Shown here: one piece after another, positions 12,249-25,674 of the stretch
Numbering within the stretch: position 1 is the first letter of the stretch
How the letters are laid out: each line of letters opens with the position of its first letter
Source: Anolis carolinensis
Lineage: Eukaryota
Length of the DNA: 64,000 nt
Assembly: GCF_035594765.1 (NCBI RefSeq)
Contig: NC_085842.1
Span: forward strand, 64,766,782 to 64,830,781
Direction: 5' to 3'
Position numbers and translations under genes: made by a program
The notes under the pieces: generated by a model
What the model saw: the letters and a program-made list of their open reading frames with translations, nothing else
Database searches by the model: none
What the model was told of the DNA's origin: nothing

Positions 12249-15217
12249 TTCGAGCTGTGTGGCCATGCTCCAGAAGTATTCTCTCCTAACGTTTTGCCCA
12301 CATCTATGGCAGGCATCCTCAGAGATTGTGAGGTATGGATAAACTAAGTAAGGAAAGGAAAGAATATATATCTGTGTAGAGTCCAGGGTGTGGCAAGAGT
12401 CCTTTGTCACTGGGAAGCCAGCATTAATGTTCCAGTTAATCACCCTAATTAGCATTGGAAAGATTTTGTCTCTTGCCTGGGGGCATCCTTTGTTCAGTCA
12501 TTAGCTGCCCTCTACCCTCAGAGTGTTGGTTCCCATCTACTGTTTTGATTTTAGAGTTTTTAAATACTGGTAGCCAGATTTTGTTCATTTTCATGGTTTC
12601 TTCCTTTCTGTTGAAGTTGTCCACATGCTTGTGGATTTCAATGGCTTCTCTGTGTAGTCTGACATGATAGTTGTTGGAATGGTCCAGCATTTCTGTGTTC
12701 TCAAATAATGTGTCCAGGCTGGTTAATCAAGTGCTCTGCTATGGCTGATTTCTCTGGTTGAATTAGTCTGCATTTCCTTTCATGTTCTTTGACTCTTGTT
12801 TGGGCGCTGCGTTTGGTGGTCCACTAATGCTGGCTTCCCAGTGACAAAGGACTCTTGCCACACCCTGGACTCTACACAGATATATATTCTTTCCTTTCCT
12901 TACTTAGTTTATCCATCCTCACAACCTGTGAGGATGCCTGCCATAGATGTGGGCGAAACGTCAGGAGAGAATACTTCTGGAACATGGCCACACAGCCCGA
13001 AAGACATACAACAACCCAATATTTTGATTTATTCTTTGGGGGGAAAATGTGTGTGCTAATTTTAAAAGTACATAATCTAAGAATTATTCTTTTTTGGCCC
13101 AAATATTTATAAATGCACAAACCTTTGGATTGTCTTTCTTGTTCATTATATATCATATATAATATATAAAATCATATTTCTTTAATATTTTTAACATTTT
13201 GCAGTATCTCTGTATACTGTATATGCCTCAGTTTGGCCCAATTTTTATACTTTGCGTTGGTTGTAGGGTTTTTGTTTTACTTCAAACAACTGCCACAAAA
13301 AATAATACATATGTACCATGACTAATGGAGACAAAGTTATTTTAGCATTGTCTGTGTTTGTTTCTTTTTTCCATAACCCTTTTAAATTGGGCATGTTAAC
13401 ACATTTTAATAGCAAGATGATATTATAGTTTCAGAAAAGCTTATTCCCCCCCCCCCCCCATACAAAAGAAGTTAACACAAGAAAGCTACTCCACTCCCCC
13501 GTCTTCTCTGGTAAAACACTTGGTAATACTACTTTCCATTTCTTACATTATTTTAAATACATTTCCCCTGGCCTCTGTGTGTGGTTGTGGTGATGATGGT
13601 AGTTGTGTGCGTTATTGTTTTGTTTTTTAACTACAGGGTTATGAACTAATTGTGACCTCTACTCTTCATTCTTAATTGCTTCTGACCTACTCTGTTAAGT
13701 AAAAAAGAAATAACCTAACAGAAGGGTAATCGGATCGCTGCTGCCACACCAAGGAAACAGGCGAGCTTTGGGATGCTCTTTAATCTCTCTATCCACACAG
13801 CTCTCATTTTAATTTGCAAAATTGAACCCAGATCGAGAGCAGTAAAGCCTGAATACGGTAAATATTCATGCCTCAGTGATCTAGAGTAGCTCCATTACAT
13901 TTCAGAGATTGGGAGAATTACCTTTTGGATTATGTATATTCATGGGCTGATTTTTATTTGAGATATAATATTGCTCACATTGGGCTACATGTCACACATT
14001 CTACCAAAACCAGTCGCCTGACAAAGCTCCAAATGTTGCTTACACATAAAAAGTTTTACTTCTCTAGCATATAGTTTCCCTGCTTTTATGCTTTTTCAAA
14101 GATGAGTAATAAACAAAAATATCCTGTTAAACGAGGGGGAGGGAGATCCCTCCCTGTGGACGTTCTTCTATAAACCCTTCAGCCCTCTGTTAGCTACGAT
14201 GCAGTGTTTTGTGGCACACTTTGAAGTCTTTGGATGAAAGTGCTGCTATTGTTCTAAAACAAAGTCTACAGTTAAAACAGAAAAAAAATTCTTTGATTTC
14301 ATTGGAAGAATGAATTTCCCAGAATTTAACTTTTATTACCTGGCCTTCCCCTTGTGTATTGGTTGTGGGAATTGAGCAGAAGAAGAAAAAATGTAGCTTG
14401 AAAGCAGTTTTGATAACTTGAGGTTTAATTGGTATTAAAACTTAAGTTTATTTAGAATACATATGTTAAGGAAGAACAGGCTGAAATCCCCTTATTCTGC
14501 ATCTATCTGGGGAAAAAATGTTATGGTGAACCAAAGTGTATACAATGATTTAGGTATGGCTGTACTTGGCTCATCAGATACTTCAGGTTGTTCAGTCAGA
14601 AAATTCTAAGAAAAAAAAAATATTTAAATTGTATTTATATTGTTACCCATCAGAAAGCTTTTTGCTTTAACTAAACATTAAATTAATATTTTTGCCATTT
14701 ACAATGGTTTACCTCCCTGGTAGCGTTTGTGGACCTATCTTAATCGTCTAGTGGTATTATTTGGTATGCTTATGGGGCTTCAGGTTTCCACAGTGGGTCT
14801 GCTCTTTGGGGCACAATAAATTAAAATTATTACTTAATTTTGTTTACCTTTTTGAAAGGGATTCAGTCCTTACCAATTTTATTAAAGTCCTGCTTCCCTT
14901 GTGTTTTTGTTTGGTTTTATTGTTTTATCAATTAAAGATGTATCGATTAGTGTAGATTGTTACAGTGTTTCATCAGATTTTGTTATGGGAAGCATGTGAG
15001 TGTTTTCTAATTATTTCTTGAAGACATCTCAAGTCCTTTCATTGGTATATGGGAGAAATTCTATTTTGCTAGACCAAATGTAGGAAATATCAAGTTGATA
15101 ACTTATGATCTAGATCTAGAACAAGGGTTCTCAAACTTTTTCAGCCAACCCTCTTATGCTGTGCAGGAAAAACACAATCTAAGCACCCCCAACAGATGAT
15201 CATCCAAGTCTTTGAAA

Positions 15218-15218
15218 T

Positions 15219-15258
<40 letters not shown>
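15218..15258. repeat. (AAC)n microsatellite
   Basis: Read directly from the sequence. Confidence 0.95.
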
Positions 15259-16536
15259 GAAAGCCCCGAGGGAGGGAGGTGGGGAAAAGGATGGCAAGGA
15301 AAAGAGTTTGGGCAGCAAGGGAGGTTCATCTATGTTTGTTTATACTAAGCTGATACATCTGATCTTTAGTATACTCAGTAAGGTACAAGAGAATAAAAGA
15401 ATGTCCAGTCAATTAGGAGTTCATAACTTACCTTATTCTGGATACATGTTAATATAATCACTAATATGGAATGGAAAGAAATGAAGAATCCACAGCAGAC
15501 CCACAATAGCTGCAATATATGAATACCTCAGTAAAGTTAATAAAGGTACACAATCTAAACATACTCCATGGGAATTCCTGCTTCTGTAAATGTAGCTAAT
15601 GAATGAATCCTGTAGTAAGTACATCCTGACACTTTGGGTGTTTTTTGACCATAAATGTGTCTCAGGTATTGCTGTCAGCATGCTGCTATCAAATCACCCT
15701 AGAGAACTAAAACATAAATATGTGAGAGCCCCATGGACTACCAGTTCCAGCCCACCACTCAGTGTAGGATCTCCAGTTAGAGCGGCATGCTAGTTGATTA
15801 GCTTATTTTTGAAGATATCCAGAGAATGTGATCTCATACATACTTATTTTTTTCTATTCTTTATTTAATAATATCCCATCATTTTCTTTATTTAGATTCA
15901 TTCAGAATTTGGGAGTTTGATTAGAGAGCTGTTTAAAACAAACTTTTGACCAAAAGATACTTCCTAGGAGGACATTTCCTTCTGAGCAAAAGGCTTAGCA
16001 ATTCAACCTCTTTTGCTACTGGAGTATTTAGTGCTGCAAAGTGCAACACCAAAGCAACACCTAAGGATATACAAAAAGTTTTCCACTTTGCCAGTCCATT
16101 CTCCAGAAGTTGTGTAGTTTCATCTAAGATAAGCATCACCTTGACTACCCATTGCATGACAGTATTGAAGAGATATATTTATTAAATTTATATCTGATCT
16201 TCCAAACACCTGCACATTTTCCAGGTGCTCACTTACCTAGGTATCAAATAGGCAATGGAAATGGTGGTTGCAAGCGTAACAGATATTAGGAGAAACCTTT
16301 CATTCCAAGAGCTGAGAGTTTTGTACTGTATTGTACAGTATGTGTTCTCATTAATACAGTATGAAAATAGTGGTGTAATCACCAGTTTACAATATTCTCT
16401 ATTCATCAGAGTCAGAGGTTTAGTTTGGCGTACATTGTTGAATTACAAAACAAAACAGAAACAGAAACACTCCGACCCCCTTGTTATATATCGTAAGAGG
16501 ACTTGTTGCAATTAGTTTTCATAATTTATAGTAGCA

Positions 16537-18275
16537 CTAGCTGTGCCCGGCCATGCGTTGCTTTGGCCAAGTATGATGGTATGGGAAATAAAGTATTGAG
16601 GAGTTGGTGGTAGTTAAGGTAAAGGGTAAAGGTTTTCCCCTGACATTAAGTACAGTCGTGTCTGACTCTGGGGGTTGGTGCTTATTTCCATTTCTAAGCC
16701 GAAGAGTTGGCGTTGTCTGTCAACCCCTCCAAGGTCATGTCGCATGACTGCATGGAGCGCCGTTACCTTCCCGCCAGGGCAGTACCTATTCATCTACTCT
16801 CATTTGCATGTTTTTGAACTTTAGGGTTGGTAGAAGCTGGGGCTAACGGTGGGGGCTCTCTCCACTCCCCCAATTGAAACCTACGACCTTTCGGTGCAGA
16901 AGTTTAGTAGCCCAGCACTTTAACACGTTGCGCCATCAGGGGATATTGTTTCCTAAAGGTTGTGAATATACAATATTTCTAATGTTTTTTTTTTGTCTGT
17001 TGGAGGCAAGTATGAATGCTGCAATTAGGCAAAATGATTAGCATGTAATGGTCTTGCAGCTTTAAAGCCTGGCTGATTCCTCCCCGAGTGATTTTTTTTG
17101 TTGGGAGGTGTTAGCTGGCCCTGATTGTTTCCTGTCTGGAATTCCCTTGTTTTTAGAGTGGTGTTCTTTGCGATATTTTATGTACTTCTACTGTTTGTGG
17201 CCCTTAGAAAACAGAGGATTTGCCAGACTTTGGTGATGGGAATACTTTGTTGGGAGGTGTTAGCTGGCCCTGATTGTTTCCTGTGTGGAATTCCCCTGTT
17301 TTCAGAGTGTTGTTCTTTATTTAATCTTCTGATTTTAGAGATTGTATTGTTCTGTTTTATTATACCACAGTAATTTTTATATATTCTGATTTTAGTGTTT
17401 TTGAATAGTTGGAGCCAGATTGTATTCATTTTCACGGTTCACAGCGAAACAATAATAATAATAATAATAATAATAATAGTAGTAGTAGTAATGATAGTAA
17501 TAATAATGACTTTGGTAATATACAGTGCTTCACTCCCTTCTCAGCTTCCTTTCTGGAAGATTCCTTTCTTGGGTGGTGTTAGCTGGCCCTGATTGTTTCC
17601 TTTGTGGAATTTCCAATTTCCCTGTTTTCAGAGTGTTGCTCTTTATTTACTGTCCTGGTTTTAGAGATTATATTGTTTTGTATTATTGTCCCACAGTAAT
17701 TATTTCATAGTACAGTAGAATCTCACTTATCCAACATTCGCTTCTCCAATGTTTTGGATTATCCAGCGCAGTCTGCCTTTTAGTTGTCAATGTTTTTGTA
17801 GTCAGTGTTTTAAATTCATTGTGATATTTTGATGGTAAATTTGTAAATACAGTAATTACTACATAGCATTACTGCACATGGAACTACTTTTTCTGTCAAA
17901 TTTGTTGTATGGCTTATATAGCTGTGTGGAAGGGCCTTGAGTCTACACTGCCATATAATCCAGTTGAAATCTGATAATCTGTATTTTATAGGCAGTGTGG
18001 AAGAGGCCTAAGTGAGGCCTAACTCTGCTTGTCCCCTGGGCTGAGTGGGTTGCTAGGAGGCCAAGTGGGCGGAGCTTAGCCTTCTAACTGGCAGCAATTG
18101 GATAAAAACAATTATTACTCTGCCTCTAATTAGGACTTTATTTTTCTTTTCTTTTTGTTGTCTTGTCCTTGAGGCGTGGATGAGGGGTTGTGCTGTCAAT
18201 TTTTGAGGTTGTGGGATGTTTAGTTTTGTTGTTTTGTCTGGTGCCATGATTTCATCACTCTTTTATATATATAGA
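16537..18275 (-). mobile_element. Non-autonomous composite Helitron
   Basis: Minus strand reads A|TCTATATATATAAAAG...CTAG|T; GGCCA..TGGCC hairpin at 16549-16568 near the 3' end; no TSD; contains pieces of other TEs. Confidence 0.88.
16613..16942 (-). mobile_element. Sauria SINE inside the Helitron
   Basis: AAGGTAAAGG tail; GTTACCTTCCCGCC..GTACCTATT..ATCTACTC..CATTTGCATG core; tRNA-like head. Confidence 0.85.
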
Positions 18276-20220
18276 TAGTTTCTTTTCAAGAGTAATCATA
18301 TGTGATATGAAATATATAGGTACATGCAAATCCAGAATTAGGGACGTTCCTCACATCTAGCATCTTTCTCAACATTGTTTAAAATTAATTTTGTCCTTCT
18401 TTGTCATGATGTCGTCTGATCAAAGTCTTCAGTGTGAACAAATTCCCCTTTTCCCTTGAACCTCTTGAAGCTGCATTCTAGCCTCCTGCTTAAGTAATGG
18501 AGCAGAGCAAAGGGGATGGTGTCTATAAACCTAGACATCTGGAATGTCTTGTGCTTTTTTACCATGTCTCTGCTGAAGTTTTTTTTTAATTGTGATTGTG
18601 TTTTTCCCTGAGTTGTACGGTCATTTTTAGGGTGTAACATCTCACCAAGATGTATGGCACACTTGGTACATCCCTCAGAGCTAATGGTCTGTGTTGTCGC
18701 CAGAGCTGAGGAGATAATACCATGCCAGTAATCCTCTTGTCACACTTACAATCTTTTATTTATGACTGTGAGAACAAGAATTTATTTTAAAACAGAAGAT
18801 TGCATTTTGGATGAATTTTTTCAAATGAGTTTGGTACTTTAAATACCTCTGGGATAGATATTTTTTCAAAATGACTCTCAGCAAAGTTTTATAAGACAAT
18901 ATTCATGTTATATTCCAGTGAGAGCAAATAAGCTCTCACTGGCATATTTTTTTGTTAGTAGATATTAATATTCTGTGTGACCTATTTGGGTTGTGCAAAT
19001 TCTGTAGCAAAGGTATTGTGTACATGTAAAAAACTAAATGTGCTTGATTCCCTTTTTCTTTCTCAAGTCCCAACTGCTGCATGGAGTAGTTAAAGTTCTC
19101 TTTCTTAGGAAATGACCAAAATTCGGCTATATATTTCAGTTTCCCCTATTTGCCAATACAGTGTTCTGTCTCATGAATATAATTTATCTCTCACTGAAGT
19201 ATATGCCAGTAGACTTGCTTTATTGGAGGGCGACTACACATTATGTTTATGCCTTAATTCAAGTAGTTGAACATATTTTAAATGGCTTGATTACCAAATG
19301 CCTTAACTATATGTTGCAATCTGCTTTTTATTTATTTTTTATCCCCCCCCCCCCAACTCCATTTTATAACAATCTGCTAGTTAGGTGAATTTGCTGTGAT
19401 TCCACTTATCAGAAAGGCTAGGTTGCCTTTATCTCTTGTATCAGTCAGATGCAGTGACAGCACTGGAGGTAGGAGGATGCTTGGTCTCTTATCTGAAAAG
19501 GCTGAGAGCTATGGCATATGGAGTACCGATAACTTAATGAAAGTTGGATAAATAAAGAAAAAGAAGCTTCATTGTATCTGGAGAAAAAGCCATTAGTGCA
19601 GTTTTTGTATGCTGTTTTCTATTAGTTAAACTGCTTTGAAAATCTTAGTGGGCTTTTCCTTTGGTCTTCAAATAACAGGTTCTTTTCTTATATTGAACAC
19701 ATTTGTTTATCTTAAGGGCCTGAACAGTTTGGGTGCTTTTAATTTATCTCTCCTTTTTGCATTTTTTATCTGCATATGAACACATGGACTTCCATAGTCC
19801 TTCTTATCCACAAAGCTTCTACATCATTTAAAGAAATATTAATGTGATCATCCAGATAAAAATATTGAACATTATTTTGTGATTTATTTTCCTAGCATTC
19901 TAAGATGCCACCCACACCCTATCCTCTGTTAAATATTCATCTGTTCTGAGCAGAAATGATAGTGTCGTATTTGTTTCTTGGGGAAAATGTGGGTGCTACT
20001 TGATAAGTTATTATGAACCTCAAGTTGCCATATGATTAGTCTTAGACAGACACACTGTTTTCTTCTTGAGGAACTGCACAAAACATGTGCCATCAAAATA
20101 TATCTATGGATGGCATGAAAATGGAAATCCTGACTGCGGCAAATATGTAAATCAGAGAGAAAAAGATGGAGGACTATATCCCTCTTTAAATATTGAACTT
20201 CACACATTAGTTTCAACATA

Positions 20221-20750
20221 CCGTATATACTCAAGTATTAGCCGAGTTTTTCAGCCCTTTTTTAGGACTGAAAAAGCCCCCCTTGTCTTATACCCGGGTG
20301 AGGGTCCTGGTTGGCATATATTCAAGTCGGCTAATGCTCAAGTATATATGGTACATTTATTATTTTTCTCTAGTATTATTGGTATTATTACATTTATTAT
20401 TTTACTCTATTTATTATTATTACATTTATTTTTACATTTATTATTTCTGTATTTATTAGTATTATTACATTTATTATTTTATTAAAAAGATACGTAAGCC
20501 CATTTACATTGAAGAAGATGAGACTAATGATTTAACCGGAGTTGGACAGTTTTATCTTAAATCACAGTTTTATGTAAATATTCAAAAATATTTAACCTGC
20601 TGATGCCTCAATTAATGTAATTTTATTGGTATCTATTTTTATTTCTGAAATTTACCACTCCCGGCTTAAGTCAATGTTTTCCCAGTTTTTTGTGGTAAAA
20701 TTAGGTGCCTCGGCTTATATTCGAGTCGGCTTATACTCGAGTATATACGG
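20221..20750. mobile_element. Tc1/mariner (pogo/Tc2-like) MITE (family B)
   Basis: TIR CCGTATATACTC(G/A)AGTAT(A/T)AGCCGA; TA TSD. Confidence 0.9.
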
Positions 20751-22898
20751 TAAGTCTTATTCCAGCGTTGCAAATAAGATTAACTTATATACAGCAGCAG
20801 TAGGGGGTAGGCTAAGCCCATTGCCCTCCCATTATTGTTCCCTTTATTTGGGGGAGTGGTCACCTGAAGATAACAGTATCCTACAGAACAATTTTTAAAA
20901 TGCTGATGTGAAAATAAAAGCACAAAGATATTTAAGATGATTACATTATTTTTGATAGTTGATTTGATGCAGTGGTTAATCTAGTGTATGGACTGGATTC
21001 GACATTCTTTGGTAGCCTTAGGCTCACTTTTGGGTTTTAATCTTTCAGTCCAACTCCCTCATATAATTTTGAAAGGATAAACTGTAGAGTGGTGAAATTT
21101 ATTCATTCCAACTTAAGTTGACCATAAATTTATTTGAGAATTTTGAATAGAGACGCAACAAAATTTAGAAAAAATGTACGCATACCTGTTCAAAGTGTGT
21201 TGCTAGCCTTTTGTTTTGTTTTTGTTTTGTTTTTTAATAAAATTTTATTAATTTTCTTAAAATACATCACTACCTCAGTACATTACATATTCTTCTATTC
21301 CATACATAATTCATTGCATCAACAATATATGTACATGTATCTTGTATGTTGTTTTATTCACCTCTATGCCCACCCCCCTCCGAGCCATTTCAATTTGCAT
21401 TCTCTTTCCAAAATACCATTTCTTCTTGTGGAGGTAATTTCCTATCTACTTCTTTTAAACCATTCTCAATAAATTTTCCCCAAACCTCATCAAAGTCATT
21501 TTTCTTCCATACCCCTTTCTTAATTCTTAACCTACAAGTCAACTTATCGTTTATTGCTAATTTCCATAGTTCTTTGTACCATTCTTCTATTTGTATATTT
21601 ATTTTACCTTTCCAGTTCCTTGCTATCAACAACCTTGCTGCTGTTAGCATGTTATTTATTGCATCCTTCTCTGTTTATTTCAATTTCTTAACATTATATA
21701 ATGACAACAATGCAATACTTGCGCTTTTTCCTATCTTCATATCCATTATAGTTTCTATTTCTCTAAATACTTTCCCCCAAAATATGTTTACATATTTACA
21801 TTGCCACCACATATGTATGTATGTGCCCACTTCCTGGCAACCTCTCCAACAATTTTTGTGGCGTTCTTATTGATGTTTGCTATCTTTACTGGTGTTAAAT
21901 ACCATTTCCAAACCAATTTATAATAATTTTCTTTAACACGTATCGATAAATTCGTGAAATGTCTTTGATCCCATAACTGTATCCAATCCACTTCCCCTAT
22001 CTTAGTCCCTAGATCTTCTTCCCATATCTCTCTTAATATTGCATCCTTTATTTCCCCCCCCCCTTAATTTAAATTATTATCTTGTATATTTTGCTAGTTA
22101 TTCCTTTCATTTTGTGGCCTTCTCCCATTGCTCTTTCCTTTTGTGTCATTTGTTCAAATTGTGTAAGTTGCCTCCTTCCCCATTACTTTTTTTCCAATTC
22201 TTGAACCATTGCTCTAACTGTAAGCAATGGAACCACGAGAGTTTAGTATCTCTAAATTCTTTCAGTATAGTTTCTTTCTTCATATCCACCTTTATCCAAT
22301 CTCCAATTTTGTCTATATTCTTTTCTCTTAGTTTTTCATCCAAAATATTCTTTAGGTTTTTTGGGAATTTCCTATCCATTATTATTGGTGTTAATGTTGA
22401 ACTTTCTGACAATAATATTTTCTTATATCTATTCCAAATTTCTAGCACATTTCTCAACATTGGGTTTTTTACTTCCTTAATTTCTTTCCTTTTTAAATCT
22501 TTGAAAAATATATTCCAAATTTTTTCCTCTGCTTCTTCCGAATCTTCCTCCAACCATTCCAAATCCTCCTTATTTATCATCCCTTCTATAACTAATTTCA
22601 TCCTATTTGCTTCATAATATTTTTTAATATTGGGGAGTGCTAGACCTCCTGCCTTCTGTGATTTATACCACAGTTGTTTATTTAACCTATTTTTCTTATT
22701 ACCATTGCAATATTTATTAATCATTTGTTGCCATTTACTTAATTCCTCTTCTGAAATTTGTAGTGGTACCATTCTAAATATAAAATTTATCCTTGGAAGA
22801 ATTTTCATTTTGACTAACGCTATCCTTCCGAACCATGATAACTTAATATTTTCATATTCTAGTAATTTCTTTTGAATTGCTTTCCTTAAAGTTGTGTG

Positions 22899-23158
22899 AT
22901 GCCTCATGGGCCTTGTAGTCCCGCTCTAGTGTCACTGTGGCTGACGAAGATGAAAACATGGGGTTTTCTCCGGATCAACAACAGCCGGAATCCTTCCAGA
23001 TGCCTGATGTTGATGTTCTTGCCCAAGAGCCCATTAAAACAGACCTTGAGCAGCTCTCACCTCCCTTCGCTAGGAGACAGTCCTTTGCTGCAGACAGGGG
23101 AGTGAAAGAGCGGGTTCGCAGGAGTTTGAGAATTGCAGCCAAACAAGACACTGATTAG
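22899..23158 (+). pseudogene. Second copy of the LTR-embedded ORF, with a 1-nt frameshift near 22925
   Basis: MPHGPCSPA / VADEDENMGF...SPPFARR..DRG..RRSLRIAAKQDTD* aligns to 11359-11613. Confidence 0.6.
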
Positions 23159-23297
23159 CCATGTTTCCCCTGGGAAAATCCAGGGAGTCTCACATCTGGA
23201 AAGTTGGGTTTCGTTTCCTGTTCTCTAGGGAAAGAGAACGCTGGACACCTGTTTGGCGGGAAAACGAGACCCAGTCAAAGGTGCCTGGCACGGTTGA

Positions 23298-25674
23298 TTC
23301 CTCCCGAACAGAAGAATAAGCGACAATATCAGAATTATCCTAAATTTAATCGAATATTACGACAAAACAAAAGAGAAAGAAGTACTTTTTCTATCGCTAG
23401 ACATAGAAAGGGCGTTTGATAACGTCAATTGGTTCTTCCTTAAAGCACTTTTAAAGAGCTTGGATATAGGAGAAACAATATATAGTACGCAGGAAGCAAA
23501 AATATTAATAAACGGAATTGAATCAAAGAAGATTAGTATACAAAAAGGAACCAGGCAAGGATGCCCTATTTCACCCCTTCTATTCATTATAGTCCTGGAA
23601 ATACTTCTCAACATTATAAGGGATGACGAAAACCTAAAGGGCGCAGAAATACGAGGATATAAATATAAATGCAGGGCGTTCGCTGACGACATGATATGCA
23701 TCATCGAGGACCCAATAAATAAGACAAGGAACTGGATAAAAAGAATTGAAGAATACGGGGAAATGACCGGTCTAAAAATAAACCTGGAGAAAACACAAGC
23801 CATGTCAAAAAACATCTCAGTAGATAGGAAAAGAAGACTAGAGGAAACAACAGGAGTAAAAATAACATCAAAGATCAAATACCTAGGCATTCATATTTCA
23901 ACCAACAATAACAATCTAATTAAAAACAACTTTGAGAACAAATGGAAAGAAATTAAGAAAGAGCTAAACAGTTGGAACAACCTGAGACTCTCACTACTAG
24001 GGAGAATTGCAGCAATCAAAACATATGTTCTCCCAAAGATGCTCTTTCTATTTCAAAGCTTGCCAATAATCCAAAATCAGAAAGTGTTCTCCGAATGGCA
24101 AAAGTATATTTCAAAGTTTTATGGCAAAAGAAAAAACCAAGGATCAAAATGAAAAACCTTTCAGATGACAGAGAGAGAGGAGGAATGAATCTCCCGGACC
24201 TTCGGCTGTATTACGAAGCATGTGCCCTAACATGGGTCAAAGAATGTCTATCCCTAAAGGATAAGAAAACATTAAATCTGGAAGGCTTTAACCTAAATTC
24301 GGGCTGGCATCTATACCTATGGGACACACCAGACAAAAATGAAAAGAAAATCTTTAGAAATAACGCTATAAGAGACCCATTAAATAAGATTTGGGAGAAA
24401 TACAAGAAAAGAATGTTCCCAAAAACACCAATGTGGCTATCGCCTTTAGAACTAATCCAGAAGAACCACCAAAGAAGTTCAAATGGCCCAATCTACAAAG
24501 ACATTTTGATAAGAAACGATAGGGAATACATCCTAAAACCACGGGAAGAAATACTCAAATCATTTAAGCATTTAACATGGCTAAATTTTAGACAACTAAA
24601 GGCACAATATAATAAGGATAAAAAAGAAGGCTTTATGGCGAAAAACTCAGAATGGGAAAAAATACTAGAGTCAGAAAACAAGTTAATTACAAAAATCTAC
24701 AAAAAATTACTGGAATGGAGCACCGAACCAGAACTTGTCAAGAGTTGTATGACCCAATGGGCCAGAGATATTGGGAGACCCATAAATTTCGAGGAATGGG
24801 AAAAGATTTGGAAGAAAAATATCAAACTTACCTACGCCACTGACCTAAAAGAAAACCAATATAAAATGGTATATAGATGGTATATTACTCCGAAAAAACT
24901 AGGTCTCATAAATAAAGATATAAACACAAAGTGTTGGAAGTGCCAAGACCACGAGGGAAATTTTTACCATATGTGGTGGTCTTGCACTAAAACAAAGAGG
25001 TACTGGATTGGAATACATAAAGAATGCGAGAAAATAATGAAAATGAAACTTAAAATGAGTCCAGAACTATATCTCCTTGGTCTAACAAACAGGAAGTTAA
25101 ATAAAAACGAGGAAAAGATACTAAACTATCTGGTTATAGGAGCAAGAATTGTTTTTGCCAAAATATGGAGATCATCCCAGATACCAACCACAGATCAATG
25201 GACAACGAAGATACAGGAGATAAAGAACATGGATAGGCTAACATTTTTGATGAGAAACCACCAAGGCAAACCAATAAAAGAAACAGACTGGTCTAATCTG
25301 GAAGATTACCTAAAAACAAGAAAAGATACAAGCATAGGTAGCGAAAATAAGAGCTAGAAAACTCGAAGAAGATCAAAACTAAAAATATAATAGCTAAGAA
25401 GGAGAAAACCCCCAGATTAGAAACTGCAATCATCCCTCCCCCCCCAAAAAACCCTGAAATTACTCCCCCCCTCAAAAATCAAGAATTGTGGGAAGAAACT
25501 TTATGACATCTCTACCAACAAAGAAACTTATCTCACAAACCCTCCTCATGCCTCTGTCCCCTCCTGCACTTTTTTTTGTTTCTGTCTTTGTTTCTTCCCC
25601 CCCTTTTTTCTCCTTTTTTCTTTTTTTTATTATTTATGTATTAAAAATCTTCAATAAAAATGATTAAAAAAAAA
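23298..25674 (+). mobile_element. 5'-truncated L1 (RT to CCHC, 3' UTR, poly-A) inside the LTR
   Basis: FLPNR start; QGCPISP, FADD, CWKC..HMWWSC; frameshifts (e.g. ~24120); AATAAA and A-tail at 25653-25674. Confidence 0.93.

Larger units (their letters stand above)
11301..13017 (-). mobile_element. Penelope/Poseidon element, 5'-truncated with inverted arm (12825-13017), interrupted by a solo LTR
   Basis: 13-bp TSD AATATTTTGATTT (11288-11300, 13018-13030); GIY-YIG C-terminal peptide LDHSNNYHVRLHREAIEIHKH on the minus strand. Confidence 0.9.
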
